A DNA stretch of 64,000 nucleotides from assembly GCA_965140705.1 (NCBI GenBank), contig OZ223300.1, forward strand, positions 1,824,001-1,888,000, given 5' to 3'. The notes under the pieces are model-generated. The model saw nothing but the letters and a program-made list of their open reading frames with translations, did no database searches and was not told where the DNA came from. Position 1 is the stretch's first letter. Every line of letters starts with the position of its first letter. This document shows, one piece after another, positions 53,308-63,289 of this stretch. The position numbers and the translations under genes are program-made. The DNA is from an uncultured Arcobacter sp. GTDB lineage: Bacteria; Campylobacterota; Campylobacteria; Campylobacterales; Arcobacteraceae.

Positions 53308-53868
53308 TTGAGATTAGTTATAGCAATTAGCGGTGCTAGTGGTGTAAATTTAGGAATTAAATTTTTAGAACTTTTACCTCAAAATATTCAAGCTTTTGTT
53401 GTTATTTCCCAAAGTGCAAAGATTGCATTAAAATATGAAAATAATTTGGCATTTGAAAAACTAATAAATCAAAAAAATATCAAACTTTTTGAAAATAGTG
53501 ACATAGCTGCACCTATTGCATCAGGTTCATTTAAAATTGATAAGATGGCAATCATACCATGCTCTATGAATACTTTAGCAAAATGTGCATATGGGTTTGC
53601 AGATAATCTAATTACAAGAGCATTTGCTGTATCCTTAAAAGAAAAAAGAGAAGTTTTATTGGCTCCTAGAGAAATGCCATTTTCTCAAATTCCCTTAGAA
53701 AATATGACCAAATTGTCATCATTGGGTGTTATTATTTCTCCTCCAATTTTGGGTTATTATTCAAATAACACAACAATTGATGCAATGGAAAATTTTATTA
53801 TTGGGAAGTGGTATGATAGTTTAGGAATAGAAAATAGTTTATATAAAAGATGGAAAGAAGATGAATAA
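53308..53868 (+). CDS. ubiX: UbiX-family flavin prenyltransferase
   Basis: AISGASG, IASGS, PCSMNTLA and LKE.R....PREMP motifs. Confidence 0.93.
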   Translation: MRLVIAISGASGVNLGIKFLELLPQNIQAFVVISQSAKIALKYENNLAFEKLINQKNIKLFENSDIAAPIASGSFKIDKMAIIPCSMNTLAKCAYGFADNLITRAFAVSLKEKREVLLAPREMPFSQIPLENMTKLSSLGVIISPPILGYYSNNTTIDAMENFIIGKWYDSLGIENSLYKRWKEDE

Positions 53869-54355
53869 AGAAAATAAAGAACAAATCTCATCATACAAAA
53901 GTGCTATATACTCAGGTACCTTTGATCCAATTACAAATGGACATATGGATATTATAAAAAGAGCAGCAAATATTTTTGATGAAGTAATTATTGCAGTTGC
54001 AAAAAGTGAAAGAAAAAAACCTATGTTCACCCACGAAAAAAGAGTTGAATTTGCAAAAGAAGCCACAAAAAATATTAGTGGTGTAAAAGTTGTAGGATTT
54101 GATACTTTATTAGTTGATTTAGCAACTAGTTTAAATATTACAACTATTATTAGAGGGTTAAGAGCCGTGAGTGATTTTGAATATGAACTTCAAATGGGAT
54201 ATGCAAACTCTTCTATTAATAAAACAATTGAAACTTTATATCTTATGCCAACCCTTGAAAATGCATTCGTTAGTTCTACAATTGTCAGAGAAATTATATT
54301 ATTTAAGGGTAAATTTGAACACTTAATTCCAAAAGAGGTTATAAAATGTATGTAG
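53861..54355 (+). CDS. coaD: Phosphopantetheine adenylyltransferase
   Basis: GTFDPITNGH, RGLRAVSDFEYE and SSTIVRE motifs. Confidence 0.97.
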   Translation: MNKENKEQISSYKSAIYSGTFDPITNGHMDIIKRAANIFDEVIIAVAKSERKKPMFTHEKRVEFAKEATKNISGVKVVGFDTLLVDLATSLNITTIIRGLRAVSDFEYELQMGYANSSINKTIETLYLMPTLENAFVSSTIVREIILFKGKFEHLIPKEVIKCM

Positions 54356-54912
54356 TTATAGAAGGAATTGATACAGCTGGAAAATCTACTCAGCTTGAGA
54401 TTCTATCAAAAAAGTTTAATGATGCAATTTTTACAAAAGAACCAGGAGCTACAAAACTTGGTAGTAAACTAAGAGAAATGGCTCTTAATGGTGAAGCCAA
54501 ATCAAAAATTGCAGAGATGTTTTTATTTTTGGCAGATAGAGCTGAACATATAGAGGAAGTAATCAAACCAAATATTGATAAAATGATTATTTCAGATAGA
54601 TCAGTTATTTCAGGTATTGCTTATGCTTCAAGTTTACCAATTGAAGTTGTTACAACTTTAAACTTGATAGCTACGGAAAATACACTACCAAGTCATACTA
54701 TTTTATTAGAATTAAGTAAAGAGGAATTAATAAAAAGATTAGGAAGTAAATCAAATGATTCAATTGAATCAAGGGGAATTGATTATTTAATTGACATTCA
54801 AAATAGAATGAAAAAAACTATTGAAATGTTAAACTTAAATTACATCTTTATAGATGCAAGTTTGAGTATAGAAGAAATTGCAAAAAGAATTGAGGAATTT
54901 ATTAATGGGTAA
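54346..54912 (+). CDS. tmk: Thymidylate kinase
   Basis: EGIDTAGKST, LFLADRAEH and SDRS motifs. Confidence 0.96.
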   Translation: MYVVIEGIDTAGKSTQLEILSKKFNDAIFTKEPGATKLGSKLREMALNGEAKSKIAEMFLFLADRAEHIEEVIKPNIDKMIISDRSVISGIAYASSLPIEVVTTLNLIATENTLPSHTILLELSKEELIKRLGSKSNDSIESRGIDYLIDIQNRMKKTIEMLNLNYIFIDASLSIEEIAKRIEEFING

Positions 54913-56128
54913 ACAAAATATTCAAAGTCTAAGAGGGATGAATGATATTTTAGGAAAAGAGAGTGAGCTTTTTACATATTTTGTTGAAAATGCTTCAAGA
55001 ATAGCTAAAAACTATGGCTTTACATATATGGAAACGCCTATTTTAGAAGAGACTGCACTATTTAAAAGAAGTGTTGGTGAAAGTAGTGATATTGTAAATA
55101 AAGAGATGTATCAATTTATCGACAAAGGTGAAAATGATGTATGTCTAAGACCAGAGGGAACGGCTGGGGTTGTAAGAAGTTTTGTGGAAAATAAATTCGA
55201 CCGTGCTGGTGGTACATATAAATGGTACTATTATGGTCCTATGTTTAGATATGAAAGGCCACAAAAAGGAAGACTTAGAGAATTTCATCAATTTGGATGT
55301 GAAGTTTTTGGCATAGACTCTGTGTATGAAGATGCAAATATTATAATGATGATAAAAGAGATTTTAGATTTCTTTGGTATTAGTTTTACTTTACAACTAA
55401 ACTCATTGGGTTGTCCTATTTGTATGCCTCCATATAAAGAAAAACTTGTAAAAGTGTTAACAAATATAAAAACTGAACTTTGTGAAGACTGTAATAGAAG
55501 AATTGAGACAAATCCTATAAGAGTTTTAGACTGTAAAAATGAAAAATGCCAATCTCTTTTAGTAGATGCACCAAAAATCACAGATAATTTATGTGAGAAA
55601 TGTGATAGTGATTTTGAAAAATTAAAAGAGATTTTAGATTTTAATAATATAAGTTATGTTATAGATTCAAACTTAGTTCGAGGTTTAGACTATTATTCTC
55701 AAACTGCCTTTGAATTTACATCAAATGAAATTGGTGCCCAAAGTGCAATTGCAGGTGGTGGTAGATATGATAGACTTGTAGAATTTTTAGGCGGACGTGC
55801 AACTCCTGGAATTGGATTTGCTATAGGTATTGAGCGGTTACTTGAACTAATAAAACAAAAAGATATAAAAGAAGATACTATTTATTTGGGCGCAATGAGT
55901 GAAGAAGCACTAAATACAATAACAAAAGTTGCTCTTAAAAAAAGAAAGACAACAAAAACTATTATAGAGTATACACCAAGAAGTTTTGGTAAACACTTTA
56001 AAATAGCTGAGAAACATGGTGCAAATATTGTTGCATTAATTGGTGAAACTGAATTAAATAATGGAACAATTTATATGAAAAATATAGATACACAAGAAGA
56101 AAGAAATTTAGATTTAAAGGATTTTTAG
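54905..56128 (+). CDS. hisS: Histidine--tRNA ligase
   Basis: LRGMND, LRPEGTA, FRYERPQKGR, RGLDYY and GGGRYD motifs; ATG at 54905 preferred over the track start. Confidence 0.97.
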   Translation: MGKQNIQSLRGMNDILGKESELFTYFVENASRIAKNYGFTYMETPILEETALFKRSVGESSDIVNKEMYQFIDKGENDVCLRPEGTAGVVRSFVENKFDRAGGTYKWYYYGPMFRYERPQKGRLREFHQFGCEVFGIDSVYEDANIIMMIKEILDFFGISFTLQLNSLGCPICMPPYKEKLVKVLTNIKTELCEDCNRRIETNPIRVLDCKNEKCQSLLVDAPKITDNLCEKCDSDFEKLKEILDFNNISYVIDSNLVRGLDYYSQTAFEFTSNEIGAQSAIAGGGRYDRLVEFLGGRATPGIGFAIGIERLLELIKQKDIKEDTIYLGAMSEEALNTITKVALKKRKTTKTIIEYTPRSFGKHFKIAEKHGANIVALIGETELNNGTIYMKNIDTQEERNLDLKDF

Positions 56129-56130
56129 TA

Positions 56131-57936
56131 GTGAATGATTATGGTATTGACATCTGGAGTGATGATAATTTTATTATTGAAGATGGATTAGCAAAAGTTA
56201 ATTTTGACTGTAAACCATCTTTAATTTCTATTGTTAAAGATATTAGAAAACAAGATTTTAAGGGCCCTTTGCTTTTAAGATTTCCCCATATAACAAAAAA
56301 ACAAATACATACTCTTTATGATGTATTTAATGCAAGTATAAAAGAGTACAAATATCAAGGAACATTTAATGCAGTGTTTCCTTTAAAAGTAAATCAATTA
56401 CCCAACTTCATTCACCCCCTAATTCAAGAAGGGAAAAAATTCAATTATGGATTAGAAGCTGGAAGTAAAGCAGAACTTGTTATTGCAATGACATATAATA
56501 ATATAGGTTCTCCTATTACTGTAAATGGATTTAAAGATAAAGAGATGATTCATTTAGGTTTTATTGCAAAAAAAATGGGACATAATATTACTTTGATTAT
56601 TGAGGGATTAAATGAACTTGAGATGATTGTAGAAGTTTTAAAAGAGACAAAACTTGAATGTCCAAATATAGGGTTAAGAGTAAGACTTCATAGTGGCGGA
56701 AGTGGATTATGGGCTAAAAGTGGAGGAATAAATTCTAAATTCGGTCTTACATCAACTGAAATTCTTGAAGCATATGAATTAATGGAAGAGTGTAATATTG
56801 TTAATTATCTTACTATGATTCATTTTCATATAGGTTCTGCAATGAATTCAATAAAACCTCTTAAAAAAGCACTAAGAGAATCTGGACACATTTATGCAGA
56901 ACTTAAAAACCTAGGGGCAACTAAATTAAAATCAATCAATATTGGTGGTGGTTTAGCGGTTGAGTATAATGCCTACGAAAGAACAAGATTTTATTCACTT
57001 AGTGAGTTTGCAAGTGATGTTATATTTACACTAAAAGATATTGCAAAACAAAAAGGTGTTGATGAACCAAATATATTCACAGAATCAGGAAGGTTTATTT
57101 CAGCATCTTCAACAGTACTTGTAACTCCTGTTTTAGAACTTTTTTCATCAGAGTATGAACTTGATCAATTAAAATTAAAAGAAAAAAATCCACCACTTAT
57201 TCAAGAGCTATTTTATTTACATAGAGATATGACTAAAAAAACTGCTTATGAGTATATGCATGATAGTACAGATCATATGGAATCACTTTTAACACTTTTT
57301 GATTTGGGATATATTGATTTACAAGATAGATCAAATGCAGAAGTTCTAACACACCAAATAATTAAAAAAGCTATTTCATTTTTAGAAATTGATGATTATG
57401 GTGAATTAAAAAAACTTAATGAAAGTATTCAGGAGAAGTATTTATTAAACTTCTCTCTTTTTCAATCCCTTCCTGATTATTGGGGTATTGATCAAGAATT
57501 TCCAGTAATGCCATTAACACATTTAGACAAAAACCCTACAAGAAGTGCTTCTTTATGGGATATTACTTGTGATAGTGATGGTGAGATTCCTTTTGATTCA
57601 AAAAGGCCACTTTATTTACATGATATAAATTTAAATGAAGAAGATTATTTTTTGGGCTTTTTTAATGTCGGAGCATATCAAGATACTTTAGGGATGAAAC
57701 ACAACTTATTCTCTCACCCAACTGAGGTTAATGTTGTATTTAAAGATGGGGAAGTAGTATTAGAAAAAATATTAGAATCACAAAAAATAATTGATATACT
57801 TGAAGATATTGATTATGATACAGATTATATGAAAAATGTGTTAAGAAAAAATCTAGACCCAGAAATTTATAAAGATTTGAAAAAATATTTAAATGAAAAT
57901 AGTTATTTAAAAACTATATGGAGTTATTATGAGTGA
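56131..57936 (+). CDS. speA: Biosynthetic arginine decarboxylase
   Basis: FPLKVNQ, LEAGSKAEL, HFHIGS and DITCDSDG motifs. Confidence 0.96.
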   Translation: MNDYGIDIWSDDNFIIEDGLAKVNFDCKPSLISIVKDIRKQDFKGPLLLRFPHITKKQIHTLYDVFNASIKEYKYQGTFNAVFPLKVNQLPNFIHPLIQEGKKFNYGLEAGSKAELVIAMTYNNIGSPITVNGFKDKEMIHLGFIAKKMGHNITLIIEGLNELEMIVEVLKETKLECPNIGLRVRLHSGGSGLWAKSGGINSKFGLTSTEILEAYELMEECNIVNYLTMIHFHIGSAMNSIKPLKKALRESGHIYAELKNLGATKLKSINIGGGLAVEYNAYERTRFYSLSEFASDVIFTLKDIAKQKGVDEPNIFTESGRFISASSTVLVTPVLELFSSEYELDQLKLKEKNPPLIQELFYLHRDMTKKTAYEYMHDSTDHMESLLTLFDLGYIDLQDRSNAEVLTHQIIKKAISFLEIDDYGELKKLNESIQEKYLLNFSLFQSLPDYWGIDQEFPVMPLTHLDKNPTRSASLWDITCDSDGEIPFDSKRPLYLHDINLNEEDYFLGFFNVGAYQDTLGMKHNLFSHPTEVNVVFKDGEVVLEKILESQKIIDILEDIDYDTDYMKNVLRKNLDPEIYKDLKKYLNENSYLKTIWSYYE

Positions 57937-58693
57937 TACACCAAATAAAGAACAAAACAAAACAGAACTAGGTACAGAAGAGATATCTCTTTGGAAACAG
58001 ATAAAAGAAGACTTTTCTGTTCCAAAGTTAAATGATCCTGCATTAAATTCTAATATAGAACTTATTTTTAATTATCCTGGTGTTTGGGCAGTTATCAATC
58101 ATAGAATCGCAAATAGACTATATAAAAAGAATTTCAAACTAACTTCTAGAATAATAATGGGACTTACTCAATTTTTATGTAATATGGATATTCATCCAGC
58201 AGCAACTATTGGAAGAAGGGTATTTATAGATCATGGGATAGGTGTAGTTATCGGTGAAACTGCAATAGTTGAAGATGATGTACTAATTTATCAAGGAGTA
58301 ACTCTTGGAGGGGTTAGTTTAAATAAAGGGAAAAGACACCCTACTATTAAATCAAACTCTGTAATTGGAAGTGGTGCAAAAGTATTAGGAAATATTACTG
58401 TTGGAAAAAATAGTAAAATTGGAGCGAATTCTGTTGTAATTTGCGATGTTCCAAAAAACTCAACTGCGGTTGGAGTACCTGCTAAAATTATCAAAAGAGA
58501 TGATAAAAATGGAAGATTGAATCATGGAGATTTACCTGACATCAATAAAGAGATGTTTGAGTACTTATTAAAAAGAGTTGCTGTTTTAGAACATGCTATT
58601 AAAAAATATGATGGAATTGATTTAAGTAATGAAGATACAGATCTTGAATGTATTTACAAAAAATTTATTTCAGCAATGAACTCTATTAGATAA
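57929..58693 (+). CDS. cysE: Serine O-acetyltransferase
   Basis: DIHPAA, FIDHG and KRHPT motifs with hexapeptide repeats. Confidence 0.95.
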   Translation: MSDTPNKEQNKTELGTEEISLWKQIKEDFSVPKLNDPALNSNIELIFNYPGVWAVINHRIANRLYKKNFKLTSRIIMGLTQFLCNMDIHPAATIGRRVFIDHGIGVVIGETAIVEDDVLIYQGVTLGGVSLNKGKRHPTIKSNSVIGSGAKVLGNITVGKNSKIGANSVVICDVPKNSTAVGVPAKIIKRDDKNGRLNHGDLPDINKEMFEYLLKRVAVLEHAIKKYDGIDLSNEDTDLECIYKKFISAMNSIR

Positions 58694-59427
58694 TGATTTT
58701 TGAACTTCTATTTTTAGGGCTTGTTACAGGTTTTGTTTCAGGTTTCTTTGGTGTTGGAGGAGGAATGATACTTGTTCCAATGCTTTTATTATCTGGATTA
58801 GTTATGAAAGAAGCCATATCTATTTCAGTGGTTCAAATGGTATTTAGTTCAATCTATGGTTCATTTTTAAATAGTAAGAAACAATCAGGTATATTAATTG
58901 ATGGAATAGCTATTGGTGGTGGAGGCTTTATAGGAGGTCTGTGCTCAGGATTTGTAGTTGCTGCATTTTCAAATCTAACTTTACAATATATATTTATACT
59001 AATTATGCTAGCTTCAATTTTAAAGCTTTTTTTTACACCTGCTGAACATGATAAAAAAGAAAAAAATCAATCTATCTTATTACTTGTATTAATTGGTGCA
59101 ATTTCAGGCGCAATTGCTATGAGTGTAGGTGCTGGTGGTTCTATTATTATAACTCCAATTTTAGTTGGATTTATGAATTATAATTTAAAAAGAGCAACAA
59201 CTCTAGGGCTATTTTTTGTAATCTTTTCTTCTACTGCTGGATTTATCTCTTTAAGTTTCAATGGTCATATGCTTTATTCTCAAGGGATAATGGTAGGTCT
59301 AGCCTCTTTAGTTGGTGTATATTTAGGTATAAAAATAAAACATATGATTAATATAGTCTCTTATAAAAAGTACATTCTTATTTTATATACTTTAACTTTT
59401 TCAATAATGATTTACAAGACTATTTAG
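58693..59427 (+). CDS. TSUP (TauE/SafE) family transporter
   Basis: GFFGVGGGMILVP and a second GAGG repeat; about 8 TMs. Confidence 0.9.
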   Translation: MIFELLFLGLVTGFVSGFFGVGGGMILVPMLLLSGLVMKEAISISVVQMVFSSIYGSFLNSKKQSGILIDGIAIGGGGFIGGLCSGFVVAAFSNLTLQYIFILIMLASILKLFFTPAEHDKKEKNQSILLLVLIGAISGAIAMSVGAGGSIIITPILVGFMNYNLKRATTLGLFFVIFSSTAGFISLSFNGHMLYSQGIMVGLASLVGVYLGIKIKHMINIVSYKKYILILYTLTFSIMIYKTI

Positions 59428-60658
59428 TCTTTTTTAAAGCTTGTTCTCTTAATTTATCTTTTTTACTTTTTCTTTTTCCCTTTACAGGTGGCAAGCCCTT
59501 CTCTTTTTTTATAGGGCTTCCAGTTAATTCAAAGTCCTTTATTTGTTCTTTTTCAAGACTTATATCACTTCTTTTTTCAATCAAAGCAAAATGTTCTTTA
59601 TCTTCATGGGATATAAAAGAGACTGCAATTCCACTCTTACCTGCTCTCCCTGTTCTTCCAATTCTATGAATATAATCAGCAGCAGCCCTTGGTAAGTCAT
59701 AATTAACTACACAAGAAATATTTTCTATATGAAGTCCACGTGCTGCTATATCTGTAGCAAATAATACTTTTATCTTTTTTGCTTTAAAATCTTCTAAAGT
59801 CTCATTTCTCTCTTCTTGAATTAAATCACCATGAAAAGACTCAGCTTCAAAGCCATATTTCCTAAATTTAAAAGCTAAATTGTCACATGAACGTTTATTT
59901 GCCATGAAAACTAAAACTTGTTGCCAATTCTCTTCTTTTATCAAATATCTAAGTAAAGCACTTCTATTCTCTTTATTTACTTCTATTAGCCTTTGATTTA
60001 TACTTTGAACTGTTGCTTCTTCATTTTCAATAGATATTTCAATAGGATTTTCTGTTATTTTAGATGCTATATTTAACATTTTCTTAGGATATGTTGCAGA
60101 AAAAAGAAGATTTTGTCGTTTTTTTGGTAAAACTTCTAATAAAAGTTCTAACTCTTCTTCAAAACCAAAATCAAGCATTTTATCTGCTTCATCTAAAACA
60201 AGAAAATCAAGATTTGATAAATCCATTTGTTTTTTCTTTAAAATATCAAGTAATCTTCCCGTAGTAGCAACAATAACATCACACCCTTTTTGAATACTTA
60301 ATAACTGCTCACCAATACTCTCTCCACCAATAACACTTACAACTTTTGGTTTCTTACTCATATATTTACTAAATGTTAAAAAAGCAGTAGCTACTTGTAA
60401 AGCCAGCTCCCTTGTAGGAGTTAAAACCAAACATCTGATTTTTGGTTTGCCTAAATATTTTTGCCCTGACCAAAGATTTAATATGGGTAAAACAAAACTT
60501 GCAGTTTTCCCACTTCCTGTTTGTGCTCTTGCAATAATATCTTTTTGTTCTAATACTAAAGGAATTACTTTTTCTTGAATTGCAGTTGGTTTAATATAGC
60601 TATTCTCAGTAAGTGATTTATTTATCTTATCTGATAGTTTTAATTTGAAAAATGACAT
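59420..60658 (-). CDS. DEAD-box RNA helicase (RhlE-like)
   Basis: Q motif, AQTGSGKT, PTRELA, DEAD, SAT, ARGL and HRIGRTGR. Confidence 0.96.
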   Translation of the reverse strand: MSFFKLKLSDKINKSLTENSYIKPTAIQEKVIPLVLEQKDIIARAQTGSGKTASFVLPILNLWSGQKYLGKPKIRCLVLTPTRELALQVATAFLTFSKYMSKKPKVVSVIGGESIGEQLLSIQKGCDVIVATTGRLLDILKKKQMDLSNLDFLVLDEADKMLDFGFEEELELLLEVLPKKRQNLLFSATYPKKMLNIASKITENPIEISIENEEATVQSINQRLIEVNKENRSALLRYLIKEENWQQVLVFMANKRSCDNLAFKFRKYGFEAESFHGDLIQEERNETLEDFKAKKIKVLFATDIAARGLHIENISCVVNYDLPRAAADYIHRIGRTGRAGKSGIAVSFISHEDKEHFALIEKRSDISLEKEQIKDFELTGSPIKKEKGLPPVKGKRKSKKDKLREQALKKTK

Positions 60659-60695
60659 ATTGTCTAATCCCTTTTATGATTTTTATACTTTATTA

Positions 60696-63188
60696 TTATT
60701 TTGCTATCAAATCATTTAATAGTGAACTTAAATTACTATTATTTTTATAATTGCTTTTAGTAATACTATTATTTAATTTAGTATCAATAATTCCCCTATT
60801 TGAACTTATTGTTAAGTTATATAAACTATTTGTTTTTATACTTTCATCTAAGTTAATATCAATAACTTCATCACCTTTTAGAGCTAATATATTTATATCT
60901 TCACCTTCTGTAAATTCTAAAGCCAATATTCCAAGGCAGTGTAAATCTGACTTATACTTTTCATCAAAAGATTTTGCAATTATAGCTTTTATTCCAAGTG
61001 CCTTTATTCCTTTTATTGACCATTCAATTTCTTCACCTATTCCAAAATTTTCACCAGCAAACAAAATTAAAGGTCTTTGTCTTTGTTTGAACCTTTGAGC
61101 TAGTTCATAAATAGATACTATCTCATCTTTTTCAAAATCTTTTGTAAAACCACCCTCTTTTGAAATCATTTTGTTTTTCAAACTCACATTATCAAACATT
61201 CCCCTTGACATAATCTCAAAGTTTCCACATCTAGTTTCAAAGGTATTATAATCAAATGACTTTATGCCCTTTTGTTCCAAATAATTACCAGCTTCTGAAT
61301 ATAAAGATATTTGACCTTGGGGAGAGATATATTTAGTTTCTATATTATCTCCTAAAAGTGCCAGTATACCTGCATTTTGAATTTGATTGTTTTTAGTTTC
61401 TACATTATTCACAAAATTTGATTGTTTTATATCTATGGAGTTTTCATCCCAATCAAAAGTTTTGTTTTTAGGTATTTGTATATTTTGCCAAGAGATATCA
61501 CCTAAAAATATATTATTGTATATCTCTTTATAAAATTCAAAATCTAATTTATCTAAATACTCAATTACTAAATCATTATTTGGCCAAAATTCACAACTCT
61601 TCATCTCTTTTATAATATTACTTTTTATTGTTTGACCTAAGGTATATACAATAAGTAAAGATGGAGACATTAAATAACTTGATTTTATCAAAGGATGGAT
61701 TTTTTCTTTTAGGTGTCTATTTCCAGAACTTATTGAAACAACATTTAAGTTGTATTTTCTAATCTCTTCTTCTACTCTCTCATCTAATGAATAAATAGTA
61801 TCACACTCATTATCAATAATATCAAAGCCTAAATATCCAAAGTACTTCAATAAATCTAGTTTTGTTAAATAACTCTTTACAATATGAGATTTTATTATCA
61901 ATACTTTTTTTATATTTTCATTAGCTTTAAGTCCTAATTCATAAGCTTTTTTTGCCACAAGTCCAGCATGTATCAATAAGTAAGGATTTGATACCATTGT
62001 GCAAGTATTAATAGTTGCTAATACAATGGAGGTATCCTTTAAAGTTATCCCCTCTTTTGTTATATGCAGCTTATCTAATTCTTCTATTTGTACTTTATTT
62101 TCAATATCCTTATAATCAAAAATAATAGGTTCTAACTCATCTAAGTTTATCTCAATAACTTCATCAAAAGAGAACTCTTTGTTTTCAAAGAAAAGGTCTT
62201 GTTTTTTTAGGTATATTTTAATAAGTTTTGAAAACTCATTACTATTTTTTGTATTACTAAAATACAATAATGTTTTATCATCTATTGGAAAATAAAAAGA
62301 AATCGCACCATATTTTGTAGCCATATTAGACAAAGAAGATCTATCTTCTAATGTTAACTCAGAAAGACCATCACCTAAGAATTCAACTATTTGATTATTT
62401 ATCCCATGTTCTTTTAATCTAAATTTTAAATATAATACTAAATCAGATGAAGTAATCCCTTTTCGTAGTTTCCCTTTTATATTTACACCTAAAACTTTTG
62501 GTAACTTAAACTTTATAGGATAGCCTAATAGTGACAATTGGGTATCTATTCCTCCCACAGAATAACTTAATACTCCTAGTGAGTTTGTAATAGAAGAGTT
62601 TGAATTACTACCTAAAACTGTTTCTGGAAATAAATAGTTTTTCCCATCTTTTTGTTCTAGATGAATAATTGTAGATAGATATTCTAAGTTTAATTGATGA
62701 CAAATTCCAGAACCTGGTGGAATAACACGAAAATTACTAAAACTATTTTGAGCCCATTTTATAAATTTATATTTCTCTTTATTTTTTTCTATTTGAGACT
62801 GAATATCTTCTTGTGAACAATTGTGTTCTAAATCATAATCAAAAAGTAAATCAAGCATAAGCTTAGGATTGATTTTTTCTATTTTTTCTGGAGTATCTTT
62901 TACTTGTTCTCTTAATGTAGCTAAATCTATCAAAGAAGGAAGTATTGTAAAGTCTTGAGTAATCATTCTTGAAGGATAAAAATTAATTAAAGAGTTTTTT
63001 CTAGTTAAAAAAGCATCAATTATATACTCAATTTCTTCATCACTTGTTGCTTTTCTTAAATTCTCTTCTAACAAAATTTTCAAGGAAATTGGAAGTTTTT
63101 TTAAGCTTTCATAGATTGAAAAAACTTTTTTTAAATCATAATAATAAAAAAGTTCATTCTCTATTTCAAAACTATTAAGAATATTCAT
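60696..63188 (-). CDS. Aconitase A/IRP-like protein with degenerate active site
   Basis: Collinear with AcnA (LPISLKILLE, QDFT, PPGSGICHQLNLEYL, SGNR, ISP.G), but catalytic motifs are altered. Confidence 0.88.
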   Translation of the reverse strand: MNILNSFEIENELFYYYDLKKVFSIYESLKKLPISLKILLEENLRKATSDEEIEYIIDAFLTRKNSLINFYPSRMITQDFTILPSLIDLATLREQVKDTPEKIEKINPKLMLDLLFDYDLEHNCSQEDIQSQIEKNKEKYKFIKWAQNSFSNFRVIPPGSGICHQLNLEYLSTIIHLEQKDGKNYLFPETVLGSNSNSSITNSLGVLSYSVGGIDTQLSLLGYPIKFKLPKVLGVNIKGKLRKGITSSDLVLYLKFRLKEHGINNQIVEFLGDGLSELTLEDRSSLSNMATKYGAISFYFPIDDKTLLYFSNTKNSNEFSKLIKIYLKKQDLFFENKEFSFDEVIEINLDELEPIIFDYKDIENKVQIEELDKLHITKEGITLKDTSIVLATINTCTMVSNPYLLIHAGLVAKKAYELGLKANENIKKVLIIKSHIVKSYLTKLDLLKYFGYLGFDIIDNECDTIYSLDERVEEEIRKYNLNVVSISSGNRHLKEKIHPLIKSSYLMSPSLLIVYTLGQTIKSNIIKEMKSCEFWPNNDLVIEYLDKLDFEFYKEIYNNIFLGDISWQNIQIPKNKTFDWDENSIDIKQSNFVNNVETKNNQIQNAGILALLGDNIETKYISPQGQISLYSEAGNYLEQKGIKSFDYNTFETRCGNFEIMSRGMFDNVSLKNKMISKEGGFTKDFEKDEIVSIYELAQRFKQRQRPLILFAGENFGIGEEIEWSIKGIKALGIKAIIAKSFDEKYKSDLHCLGILALEFTEGEDINILALKGDEVIDINLDESIKTNSLYNLTISSNRGIIDTKLNNSITKSNYKNNSNLSSLLNDLIAK

Positions 63189-63289
63189 TCCACTTAACCT
63201 TTACAATTAATAATATGTAAAATACCAAATGATTGTTTAATATTTTATTATGGTATAATGGCTGCTTTAATTTTTACAATGGATGGCAA

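Noticed and set aside
53308..53868. ubiX without an adjacent ubiD
   Set aside because: The ubiX-coaD-tmk-hisS-speA-cysE order is the usual Campylobacterota arrangement, and the partner decarboxylase is normally encoded elsewhere.
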